From Sarea resinae (taxonomy: Eukaryota), in assembly GCA_026026165.1 (NCBI GenBank), contig JAPEUD010000095.1:62001-87146 (forward strand): DNA of 25,146 nucleotides. The letters run 5' to 3'. The notes below the pieces were generated by a model. That model made no database searches, was not told the origin of the DNA, and saw only the letters and a program-made list of their open reading frames with translations. This document shows, in pieces, positions 10,524 to 21,537 of this stretch; positions within the stretch are counted from its first letter, which is position 1, and the number at the start of each line of letters is the position of its first letter. Both the position numbers and the translations under genes were made by a program.

Positions 10524-12493
10524 ATGTCGGAAAAGGAACAGTACCACATCTCCGAGCCCTCGTACGAGGTGGGCACCGGTGAAGTGGGGACCATGGAACA
10601 TCAGGACAAGGCCGCCAGGATCGGCGAGGCCGCCGAGCTCTACGGCGATATCGAGACCGCAGAAGAATACGGATATGTCGTCCGAGGGTGAGTGTCGAAG
10701 GAGCCCTCGAGCTCTTGCAACAACTGACCTCCGCCCAGTCTCAAGTCTCGTCACATCCAATTCATCGCGCTCGGGGGAACCATCGGTACCGGTCTCTTCC
10801 TGGGTATCGGAACCGCTTTCACCAAGGCTGGCCCCCTCTCCGTTCTGCTGGGGTATACCCTGACTGGTCTCGCTGTCTTTGCCATGGTAAGTTGGAGGTG
10901 AGCCAAGAAGATGCAAACATGGACTGACGAGCCGGATTCTAGATGCAATGTCTTGGTGAAATGGCAACATGGTTGCCCCTACCTGGTGCCATTCCGCAAT
11001 TTTGTGCTCGCTATGTGGACGATGCCATGGGCTTTGCTGTCGGCTGGAACGTTCGTGAACCCGCTCTTGAAGTATTTTGCTATAAGCTAAAGTCATCTTT
11101 CAGAACTGGTATCAAAGTGCCATCACCCTCTGCGCCGAGATCTCTGCTGCTTCCATCGTCATCGGGTTCTGGAATGACAGCATCAACCCAGCAGCCTGGA
11201 TTTCTATAATCATCGTAGTCGTCATCTGTCTCAACATCTTCGCCGTGGCCATCTACGGTGAAGCCGAATTTATCTTCGCCAGTATCAAGATCATCACCAT
11301 CGTCGGCCTGCTGTTGCTGGCTTTGATCCTCGACCTCGGTGGTGGGCCGACGCACGACCGTCTGGGCTTCAGGTACTGGAAGAATCCAGGTGCCATGAAG
11401 GAGTACATTGGCTCTGGAGATACCGGACGATTCCTGGGTCTCTTCTCGACTCTCGTCAACGGTAAGACTGAGCAATCTTGACAATCAGCCCGATACTGAT
11501 GGTGTAATGCAGCTGCCTTTAGTTATGGTGGCGTCGAGATGGTGGCCGTCGCGGCCGGTGAGGCCGAGAACCCGCGCAAGAACATCCCCAAGGCCGTCCG
11601 TCGTGTCTTCTGGCGTATTCTCTTCTTCTACGTTCTCGGCTCTCTAGCTATTGGTGTTCTGGTCCCTTACAACGACTCGAGACTGCTCAGCGCTCAGAGC
11701 TCGGGTGCGCCCGGTGCGGCTGCGTCCCCATGGGTCATCGCCATCTACCGTGCCGGCATCCCCGTCCTTCCATCTATCATCAATGCCGTCATCCTGACTT
11801 CTGCCTCATCGTCTGCCAACGCCTTTCTGTACACCGGAAGTCGCTATCTGTTTTCCCTGGCCCAGAACAAGCAAGCGCCGAGGTTCTTCCTCAAGTGTTC
11901 GCGAACGTGAGTCTATTTTTTTTTTTTTTTTTCATTGTTCCATCATACTCGGTGACTGACCCCCTCTTTCCAGCGGAGTGCCGTACTATGCCGTCGCAGT
12001 CACAGCGTCCATCTCGCTGCTCACGTACATGTCCGTCTCGTCCGGGGCCAACAAAGTGTTCAACTGGTTCCAGAACCTGACGACGATCGCTTCGCTCTTC
12101 ACGTGGATGTCGATCTGCATCGCGTACCTGCGATTCCGGTCGGCGCTGAAGGCGCAAGGCGTGGACCGCAACAGCCTGGTCTTCAAGTCGCCGCTGCAGC
12201 CCTTTACGGCCTGGTTCGCGCTGAGCTTCTTCGCCATCATCACGCTCTTCAACGGCTTCGCCGTCTTCACCAAGGGCAACTGGAACGTGTCCGACTTCCT
12301 GGTCGCCTACATCGGCATCCCCATCTACTTTCTGCTCTATGCCTTCTGGAAGATCCTCAAGCGCACCAAGTTCATCAAGCCCGAGGAGGCCGACATCTTC
12401 TCCGGCAAGGCCGCGCTCGATGCCGAGGACTCGAGGTGGCCCGAGCAGCATCCGCGGAATTTCTTGGAGAAGATCTGGTTCTGGATCGCCTAG
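10524..12493 (+). CDS. Amino acid permease, APC superfamily YAT family (proline-permease-like subgroup probable)
   Basis: Exons 10524-10687, 10739-10886, 10943-11050, 11104-11461, 11513-11906 and 11974-12493, joined by five GT-AG introns in one frame. Motifs [74 protein letters not shown]. Substrate cannot be determined from the sequence. Confidence 0.97.
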
Positions 12494-12685
12494 TGCCATT
12501 TGTTCGTGCTTGTTGTGTTGTGCATGTTTTTACCTTTTGCTCTTGGGGTTTTGGGGGGGTTCGTTGCGGGGACTGGGATTCCCGATAAGGAATCCATGCA
12601 TGCATGTATTGCTTGGATATACAGTAGGGTAGAGTAGAGTGTAGGCTAGTCTTTCGCACGTGGTGCTATGCTATGCTTTCTGAAG

Positions 12686-13399
12686 CTGGCTGACTGGCTG
12701 GCTGGCTGGCTGGCGGTGTACAGGGTGTTTGCCTGCTGGTGGTGAAGACGAAGACGAAGACGACGACGACGGTGACGATGATGATGTATGAATGAAAGAG
12801 AGAGAGAGAGAGAGAGAGAGAAAAATAGCATTTTTATGTCGATACCATCCATCCATCTATCCATCCATCTATTCATCGATCTCATTCTTTTTGTACATGA
12901 ATAAGTTGATTGATTGATTCCCATTCATCTCTATTGTTTCCGTACCGACCTGACTGACCTGACTACGTTTGAACCAAATCGTGGTTTGGATAGTAGAGGG
13001 AGGGGATTTGGATGTCCATTGCTCTCATCCATCGATTTCATTTCCATCCGACGACGACGACGACGACGACGACGGCTTGAGTAGAATTGGCTTTTTAGAG
13101 TTTGGTTTTCCAACTTGATAGATGGATATTAGGTTAGGATCCAGCCGAGGGGAGGGAAAGAAAAAGGGGCCGAGGTGACGTGATGGACATAGATAAGGAA
13201 GATGAATAGATAGAGTACAGTACAGTACAAGAGGAGCACGATAGCGAAGGAGGAGAAGAATTAATTGCGCCGTGCCGCCCTACCCCACCACCTTTTTCTT
13301 TCCCGCATGTCCTCTCTCTCTCTCTGTCTCTGTCTCTCCTTTCCCATGAACTTGGGAAACGCCCCATCTCCTCCTCCTCCTCCTCCTCCTCCTCCTCCT
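12686..13399. repeat. Compound microsatellite field between the convergent permease and Rds1-like genes
   Basis: (CTGG)n ~12695-12713, (GAAGAC)/(GAC)/(GAT) ~12744-12786, (AG)12 12797-12820, (CCAT)n ~12845-12870, (CGA)8 13049-13072, (CTC)10 13368-13397. Confidence 0.9.
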
Positions 13400-13436
13400 G
13401 CTCCTCAAACAAGCATCCAACAACCAAGCCAATCAA

Positions 13437-14656
13437 TTAAGACAGCACGACCTCGGCCGGCCCGGCCAACGTGCCAAAAGCGCTCAACTCATTCTCCGTC
13501 AGGCCGCCGGAAAAAGTGGTCAAGACGGCAAAGGCGACGCCGGCGAAGCCATCGGGCACGGCGACGGTGCCGGCGCCGGAGCCGGTGCTCGTGACGGGCA
13601 GGAACGTCGGCGTCTGGACGTCCTGGTTGATGAGGGCGATGTAGAGCGGGGTGGCGGGGGCGACGGGCACGAAGAAGGTGGCCGGGTCCCAGGCGAAGCT
13701 GAGGACGGTGCCGGCGGGCGTGGGCGGCTGCAGGTTCAGGGGCGGGGTCGGCGCCGTGAGGTTCAGTTTCGGCAGCAGGGTCAGCGGCAGCGGCATCGGG
13801 CATGACACGATGAACATCTGGGCGAGGTTGTAGGCCCAGACCGCGCTGAGGGCCGTGTCGAAGCTGTTGGGGAACGGCGAGGCGCCGATGCCCGCGCGGA
13901 GGTAGGCGTCGTGGCGCGCTTCCGTCGTCAGGATCGAGCCGGCTTCGACGAGGAGAGGCGCGTTGTCGGTGAGGTTTTGGGACCCGCCTAGGTAAGCTCC
14001 GACGCCGACGCTGGGGAGGTGTTAGTCGGGGCTTTGAAGGGGTGGTAACATTGGATAGGGGCGGTGGATTGGACGTAGGGGATGGGATTGGAGGGTAGAT
14101 AATGAGACGGTGAGTAAAGGGGGCAAGGCGTGCAGGGGGATAGTGAGAATATTTGAATTTTATATTGAGGAGCCTACCTGGTGATCATGTTGGCGAGAGA
14201 GACAAATGTCTTCGGGTCCGTGTAGGTGAAGGTGTAAGAGCACGTCGGCACGGGCTCGATGCCATTGGCATTTAGAACCGCCGCAATGGTATTGGCGTGC
14301 GTGTCTTCTTGCTATTGACCGTCAGCTTCTTCCTTTCTACTCCGTTCATTTGCAGCGTCAATTCCATGTCAGCAAGAAAAGCCCAAACTCACATCAGCAA
14401 TGACGCAGACATTCTCGCGGAAGCCGGCCGGGAACCCCTGAGCGGTGTACTGCGCGTCGTTGAAGTTGTCGCAGCCGCCCGAGTACAGGCTGAACTCGAG
14501 GTGCTCGAGGTACAGGGCCAGCTGCAGGATGGTGGTGTCCGAGGTCGAGAGGGCGCGCTTGACGATGCTGGACTCGACCACCGGGTGCGCCGTCACGGCC
14601 GCGGGCAGCAGAGCCACGCCCAGCGAGGCGAGCAGCTGTGTACGAGGAATATGCAT
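13437..14656 (-). CDS. Secreted ferritin-like domain protein, Rds1-like (Ferritin_2 family)
   Basis: Exons 14656-14393, 14311-14178 and 14010-13437 (GTGAGT..TAG and GTAGGC..CTAAC..CAG introns). Signal peptide plus KR site, then DTTILQLALYLEHLEFSLY...QEDTH...SVGVGAYLG...AGSILTTEARHDAYLR...PFPNSFDT...FIVSCP, typical of fungal Rds1-like proteins. Confidence 0.92.
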
Positions 14657-16502
14657 TTTGACGTTGATGTGGGACGAAAACTGGTGGGGAAGAGAAGATT
14701 GAAGGTAGAAAGTGGCGAGCAAGAGAGAAGAGAGGATGAGAAGAGAAGAGGATAAGAAGGGTAGGTGGCGACGGGGAAAGAGGAGGGGGGTGCTAGAGGG
14801 TGAATATAGAGAAAGCTAAGAGACATAGGAATCCGTCACCGTCCTCGGGAAGAAGAGAGCCGTGACGGTGGCCAGAATTGGGACACAGACGGAGGAAGAG
14901 CGGACGAAAGGTCGAGCAAGGGACCCAAACGGGGGAAAGTAGAGCACCGCATCTGGAATTAGGGCATCATGTCAGTGCCATCTGACATGGTCTAGTCCAG
15001 CCGTGGCAAAGTAAAGAGTAAAGTCCAAGGCAATAAACAGTAAACACTTGGTCCATTCAGCCCAGCCCAGCCCGTGGCAGACGCATACCGCATCCTGCCA
15101 GACCAAAGCCACCCACGAGCAACGGCGACTGTTGACATCACGACCTGGTGGGCTGCTGCAAGGGGAGCGAGTGCCGGAGATGCATCGAGATGCTTGAGAT
15201 GGCTTGAGATGGCTCGAGGTGTCTCGGGCTGCATCCCTCTCCACTTCATCAGTGATTCCTCCTCATCTGTGCATCCTCCATGGCCAAGGGCTTGGAGATC
15301 AATGGACCCCAAGTACAGTATTCGTACTTGGTGCTCAAACTCAATCTGACAGATGAGCGACCGGACGCATACCTGCCATCTACCGGGCAATCATTCAACG
15401 AACACGCAGTCCACCCGCCGGGTCGTGTACACGAGCGTACATGACGAGTACTCCGGAGTCGATCAAGTAGAATGCGGGGAACAAGGCAAGAACGGCCACC
15501 CGCTAACGAGGGTTCGGATCTGCATCTAGCCGGCCACTACTGCGCAGTACCATCAAGTCCAGTACTCTCCAAGTACTCCTCCGCTACCTCATCGAGACCC
15601 TTTCCTCCCCGCCAAGCGGAAGCAAGAAGGCAAGTACCGCAGCCGTACTCGAGCGCTTGCCAAGAATCAACATCGCAACCGGAAGCAAGCCATGCCGCTA
15701 CGAAGACGAAGACGAAGACAGTTCACAAATAGACAGTCAGGGCTGGAATGCGGCCACGACACCCACAGGCTCCTCGTCAACAAGCTGGAACGCATTCGCA
15801 TTCTCGTCCCCAACAGACAGAGCCAGACTAGTACTCTCTCTCTCGACGGGGCAGCACCAGAGCATACAGCACGTGGTACCTACCTCCCGTGTACGAATCA
15901 TCTACGGTCCGCTTCGGTCATTGGAATGAATGCACGCAACCCATCTGGCCAAGCAGACCGACCGACTGAATGACTGACACATTTTCGGACGGGTAACCAT
16001 GGATACCGAAATCCGTTGCCATTGAGACCCGCCGTGCCTGTTTCCCTTTTCTTCTGTGCATCCATGGCCCCCGCCATCATCTCGCGCGTGACGAACATCA
16101 GTCGTAACTTCGTATCGAGCTAAGAGAAAAACAAGAGAGACGGACAGGCCGCCACGTAGAATACAAAAGAAACGAGGCGAATCGGCCAGAAATGGCCTTG
16201 GGTATCTACCGTAGCCATCCGATCGAAAGAAGAAGAGGAAAAGAACCATTCGCCCTATCCTATGCATTCTGCAGTGTAGAGGGAGACAGAGACCCCGAAT
16301 GACGAGTGAAAAAGAGCCTGCGTCCAAGAATGCAAGAAACGAAGTCGACAGCCCGAACACATAACCTATGTCGCCCACCTATGCCAGACACCTGAACCTA
16401 TTCAATCCGAACCTGCACTGGGCCTCCCAGCTACCCAAATAAAATAAAGTCGAACCAAGCATCCATATCCATATCCAGCTCAGCATCGAGACCAACCCAC
16501 GG

Positions 16503-18783
16503 TCAAACAACTTCCATGGTCAGATCTCCATTGGGACGGAACCCACCCTCGACCTCTACGTCGGACACCCCAGTCGCACCATCGCTTTGGCTCGTCTCCA
16601 GCTCCCTCAGCAGCTCCGGCAGAACCTTTTCAAGCTCCTCATGCGTCATCTGTAGCGCGCCCGCCATCAGACGTTTGTAGTCGGCATGACGATAGCCGAG
16701 GCCGGCAGCAGCTTGGGATTGGATGACCTCGTGGATCAGTTTGCGCCGTTCGTTCTGCTGTTCTCGAAGGGCGGCGGCGAGCTGCAGTTTCTGGCGTAGC
16801 AAGTTTCGTTCGTGATTGGCGGCGTCCCCGTCCGAGGGAGAATCGTTATCAGAATGCGAGTTGTAGGCCGGATTGTGAAGATTCGACTCGACCAGAGACT
16901 TCAAGGCGGTGCGTTGGGACTGCTCAAGAAGGGACTCGTTTTCGGCTACTAGAGCTTCATATTGCGCCTGAAGAGCGGCGTCCGCGGCCGGACCGTCCTC
17001 TTCTTCGCGCGACGTTGTATGAAGGTAGATTTGCTTCTGTACCGCGAGAATTTCCTGCTCCATATTTTTCAGTAATCTCTGCGCTTCCGCCAGGTCCGCA
17101 TCACGGTCTCGAAGCTCGGAATCAAAAGCGGAAGCCAGCTTGGAGGCTTGCGAGGTGATCAGAGGTGCAAGCTTCTCCGTTACGGCAATGGCGGCTTCCG
17201 AGTAATGGCGAGCAGGGTGAGAATGAGAATGGCCGTTGATCGAATTGGTATCTGGTGCGGTGGCGTTCAAATTTGGGCCTCCATCGGCCTGAAAGGGCGA
17301 AGATGAAGCATGGACGAAGCGCTGACTCCGGCGGCTATTCAACTCTCGAAGCAAATCGTCTGCAGTCTCTCCCTTGCCATTTTGAACCTCGACAGCAGCA
17401 TTATGTCCAATAAGCGACCTGACACACTTGCGTGCTCCATTCCTCGCGGCAATGATCAGAGCCGTATCTCCAGCTTGATCTTGGGCATTGAGAAGTGCCG
17501 TAATATCGTTCTCAGCCATCGTCTCGCTGAGCTTGTTGATCATCGTCTCAAAGTAATACCGAGCACAGAGAAACCTGCTTCTACTGCTCGTGGTGGCAGC
17601 AATGTGATGGAAAACCGTTGACCCATACCAGTCCTTGAATCCTACAGTCGGCTGCAAGAGGCTCGTGAGCTTGGGCATCGTTTCTTTCTCAAAGTTGTTG
17701 GTGAATAGCACTGCCCTCATCAGTGGCGTCATTCCAGTCTTTGAAACGACCGCCATGTTAGCCCCACGTTGCAATAGATCTCCGACAACATTGAGATCAC
17801 CCATAGATGCTGCCCAGTGCAAAGCCGTGTGGCCTTGATCATCAATCGCACTGTCAACTTCAAAGTGTGGCGGTGGCTCCGGTGGATGATTTGGTCCTGC
17901 AGGATCATCTGCTGATATGATAAAGTAGTCAAGGAGCTCATCAGCATACGCCATGTTTTGCTGCTCCACGTGAGAAAAGGCTTGAACAACGTTGTTGCCA
18001 CGTTTCCGCTTTCGAGAGCCGGTAGACTGTTGTGACATTTGTAGCATATCGTCGTCAGCCAGCATCGATTCCGAGGCGATTGTTGAGTTGTCGCGCATAT
18101 CCTCATCCTCGAGCTGAGTACTGATGGCATCAAATTGATCCTCACTTCTATGACTTGGTGGTGGCACTATCTTCTTGTTAGTAGCTCCTCTGCGTGGCGG
18201 CGCAGAAGACGCACTAGGAACTTTTCGATGGGCGACAGCTCTAGGAACCTTGGGCCGATTCGATGCTGCGGTGGTATGCTTGGGGGCCTGAGGTGGACTT
18301 TGGTCGCCAGGAACGAAGTCGAAGATGGGCCGTAATGCTTCGAGGACACCGTTGCGCTGGGCTAAATCCCTTCCATCCGGCAAGGGAACCCATGTTCCTG
18401 GAGCATGAACTTAGCGATTTGGGCCGCTGACCGTAGGTCGCCATCAGACCAACCTTGATATTTTCCATATCCCCCCTGAACCTTCTCATGCACACCCCTC
18501 TGCACTTCCCTCTCCAAGATCCTCGTCCGCGCCGGCTTGTCGAAGTCTGCGACTTTCAAGATGTGCGTAGCATTGATCCAGTTGTCCGACCGTCTTCTCA
18601 TAACATGATTCCCGTTGACACTGAACTCATACACGGGAACCTTGGTTCTGTCAGCATGAAACAAGAGACAAATGAAGAGTTGCCATCTGAGCAGCTGTAA
18701 CGGAGCTGAGAACGCACATTGCTGTAAGTTGCAGAGAAGATTGTGCTCGAGGAAATTTCCCCTTGCGACATCTTCGGTGGCAT
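16503..18783 (-). CDS. MBP1: MBF transcription factor DNA-binding subunit Mbp1/Res1-like (APSES/KilA-N, ankyrin repeats, coiled coil)
   Basis: Start at 18783 or 18771. Introns 18717-18641 (GTGCGT..GCTGAC..AAG) and 18453-18398 (GTTGGT..CAG), plus a probable in-frame intron at 18214-18167. APSES motif SATYSNVPVYEF...[56 protein letters not shown]. Ankyrin repeats GHTALHWAA and [12 protein letters not shown]. Confidence 0.96.
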
Positions 18784-19024
18784 CAGAAGAATCTTGTCTC
18801 TCTATGCGGTCGCAGCATCCGCCGAGGTTGGTGAGCCTATCAGCACTGACGCCGGACACTTTGATCTGATAGAGATGATGACAGATGCGGCGGCAACGTT
18901 TGATGTGCAGGACTGCACGAGGTGAGGTGAGGTAAGTGATCTTCGTGAATCTAGCGTTTCCGACAGAATGCCGACTAAGGCTCGCCGTGTGAATGAGGAA
19001 AGGAGATCGACGTCAATCGAGGAA

Positions 19025-19313
19025 ACGCGAAAATAACTCTGGGGGTGACTGCAGCTGGCAGGTCGCGAGTTTAAGTTTGTATTTGGTATGACTTGACTCG
19101 ATAGCGTGGGCAGAATGCGAGGTTAGGGCTAGCAGACACGAATGGCGACGACAGATGCTGGATGACCGGCATATGGAGGGGCAATCATTGGGCGTACAAG
19201 AGTGAAGGAAGACCAAGGCGGCTCAAGGCGATCGAGGCGTTTGAGGCGATCAAGGCGCGTCAAGAGGACGAGTTCGTTGGCGATCCGAGCCGGAAGAGAC
19301 TGGGAGGACGCGT
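19025..19313. promoter_or_regulatory. SCB-like (CGCGAAA) and MCB (ACGCGT) boxes in the mbp1/NDUFB7 divergent region
   Basis: ACGCGAAA at 19025-19032 and ACGCGT at 19308-19313. Both are short motifs and function is unproven. Confidence 0.35.
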
Positions 19314-19579
19314 TGAGCGTGGAAGCTAAACCCAATCGGGGTCACTGTAAGCGGAAGGCTAATTCACCCAATCATCTTGGCCATTGACCAGCAGTATCAA
19401 GTGTACGCAGCTACGGGGTACCTAACTGCTATTACGACGAACGTCGGCCGGTACGGAAGCTCTCCATTGTAGCCGCATCGGCCTTCAACGCTTGCTTCGA
19501 TCACTGTCCGCAAAACCATCTCCCCTCCATCAATCGTCTCAGAGAAGTTGCTCTTTGCGACTCCAAAGACAACGCAATC

Positions 19580-20046
19580 ATGACGGTCACGGAGTCGATC
19601 AAGAATGCCGTCGGCTTGGGCGATGGCACCCGTAAGTCGACACCCCTCACTCATCTTTAACGATCACAACTTTTCGAATGGACACTTAATTTCTTGGACA
19701 AGATATGCTGATATATGTATTTTCTCCGACAGAGGTCTCACGGGAGGCTATGGCCGAGGCCCGTTTGCCAATTCCCTACAGAGACAGCTGCGCGCACCTG
19801 CTCATCCCGCTGAACCGATGTCGATACGAAGAATACTACCTGCCATGGAAGTGCGAGGTTGGTGGCCCCTTCCGGCTTGAGAAGCACTAAGCCGGCAGCT
19901 GCCCCTGATCAAGGACGGTGTTGCTGATGTTGTTCTTACAGAGCGAGAGACACACCTACGAGAAGTGCCAGTATGAGGAGTTCAAGAAGCGGGTGGCTAA
20001 GATGGATGAGCTGAGAGCGGCGAAGGATGGCGCGAGGAGCAATTGA
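19580..20046 (+). CDS. NDUFB7: NADH:ubiquinone oxidoreductase B18 subunit
   Basis: Exons 19580-19631, 19733-19857 and 19942-20046. Protein MTVTESIKNAVGLGDGTQVSREAMAEARLPIPYRDSCAHLLIPLNRCRYEEYYLPWKCESERHTYEKCQYEEFKKRVAKMDELRAAKDGARSN, with twin CX9C motifs. Confidence 0.96.
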
Positions 20047-21477
20047 GGAGAAGAGATGTGGTCACAGTTTTACGCATTGTTCAGCATATGGGACGAATGG
20101 GATGGTGTATATATTCGCAGCCAATCCAAACTTGTTGCATCCGGAAGCGTGTTCGAGGCGGATATGTGAAGCTTTGAAGAGTCTACGCTTGTTCAGTGTG
20201 CGTTTGCAGCTTCTCCCGCTCTGGGCGACAAGGCGGAAGGAGATTGCCAGAAAGCAGACTATCCTTCAGATCTACACCCTGGCAAAGATAGTGATACAAA
20301 CCACCGTCGGTGACTTCACCAGTCGATTAGCCCTCCAACGATCAGCATGGCATCCCGAGGCACTGACGCGGCTGTTCACTCTATCCAATTTGACGATTGT
20401 CCGAGTCTCTATGTAGAGTGAACCCAAGCTCTCATATCCCGTCTCAGACGTCCGTGTTCTACAGGTGGAGTAACTCACAGTGGGGAATATCTCCAATGAC
20501 GATAGGGACTGAAGAGGGAGAATCAATTCATGGTGTGCAATGGATCTGGCCGACCTGATCCATTGGCCGCTGGATTCCCGAAGAAGAAAGCTATCAGCAA
20601 CAGAGGAAATGGTCATGTGAGAAACCACGGACCAGGCAGATGGTTGATAGCTTGAAGCCATGACAGCAAGTACAGATCCATGTAGCTATTCACTGGCATC
20701 TCTCTGCTATTCGAATATACTCATAGTATCTCTCTGCTGACATACTACGATTGCCAAGCGGCATCTTCGAAGCAGAGCTTCACTGCATACTACTATGTAC
20801 TGCGCAGTAAGCAAGCTTGGCTACCCCCAAGCCGCAAGCCCAGGTGGAACGATTGAATGATGATTGGGGGGGCAGCCCGCTAATCAACAATGCGAAATGA
20901 CATGCTCTGCAGACCTCCCTTCCTTCCCCAGCCTCTTGTCCGAGTACTCGCACGGTACAGGCTCGCACGGTAGAGTCGCACTGCTGGTCCGCGGTACCAT
21001 GGTCGTCTCTTTCGCAAAGGAAATGAAGGATGGGCCATCAGGGGGCTCTTGGGCCTTTCACGTGATCCGGGAACGAGATTTCCAAACGAAATTACTCGTA
21101 GAGCATCACGGACAATGCAGTTAGAGGCCCAAGCGAGCCAATCACGGGCCTCATCTGCTCGTTTCCTTCGGCGCTCGGGTACGGTACGGGGTATCTCACG
21201 CTGGACTCACGCTGAACTGAACTCACTTCTCAGCCAGCCGCCGTTTGGAGCTCCCCCCCCCCATCACCACCCTCAATGCTGTAGTCGACAACCTCAACTG
21301 CAACCCGCCAACCCGCCTCCATCATCCGACATCGCGAGTCCTCGCGCCCGGATCCGATTACATTCTCTTCCCTCCTTTCGGCGTTTCGTTTTGCTGAGTA
21401 CTCGTCATCGCTTTGGCGGACGACTTTGGATCCGCAGTATCCGTAATTTCAATCCCTGAGGCTGACAGCTTCATCTT

Positions 21478-21510
21478 CACCACCACCACCACCACCACCA
21501 CCACCACCAC
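21478..21510 (+). repeat. (CAC)11 microsatellite just upstream of the syntaxin start
   Basis: Read directly; lies 27 nt before the ATG at 21538. Confidence 0.9.
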
Positions 21511-21537
21511 CATCATCAATTTCGACCCCCCGCAGAC

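Noticed and set aside
11891..12659. Overlapping alternate-frame and antisense ORFs over the permease last exon
   Set aside because: Artefact of very high GC3, which depletes stop codons in other frames.
18932..18938. Plus-strand GTAAGT donor antisense to the mbp1 leader
   Set aside because: Isolated motif at the end of a (GAGGT)n repeat; no matched branch site or acceptor.
20027..21459. ORFs between NDUFB7 and the syntaxin gene
   Set aside because: No motifs or codon bias; consistent with 3'UTR and promoter sequence.
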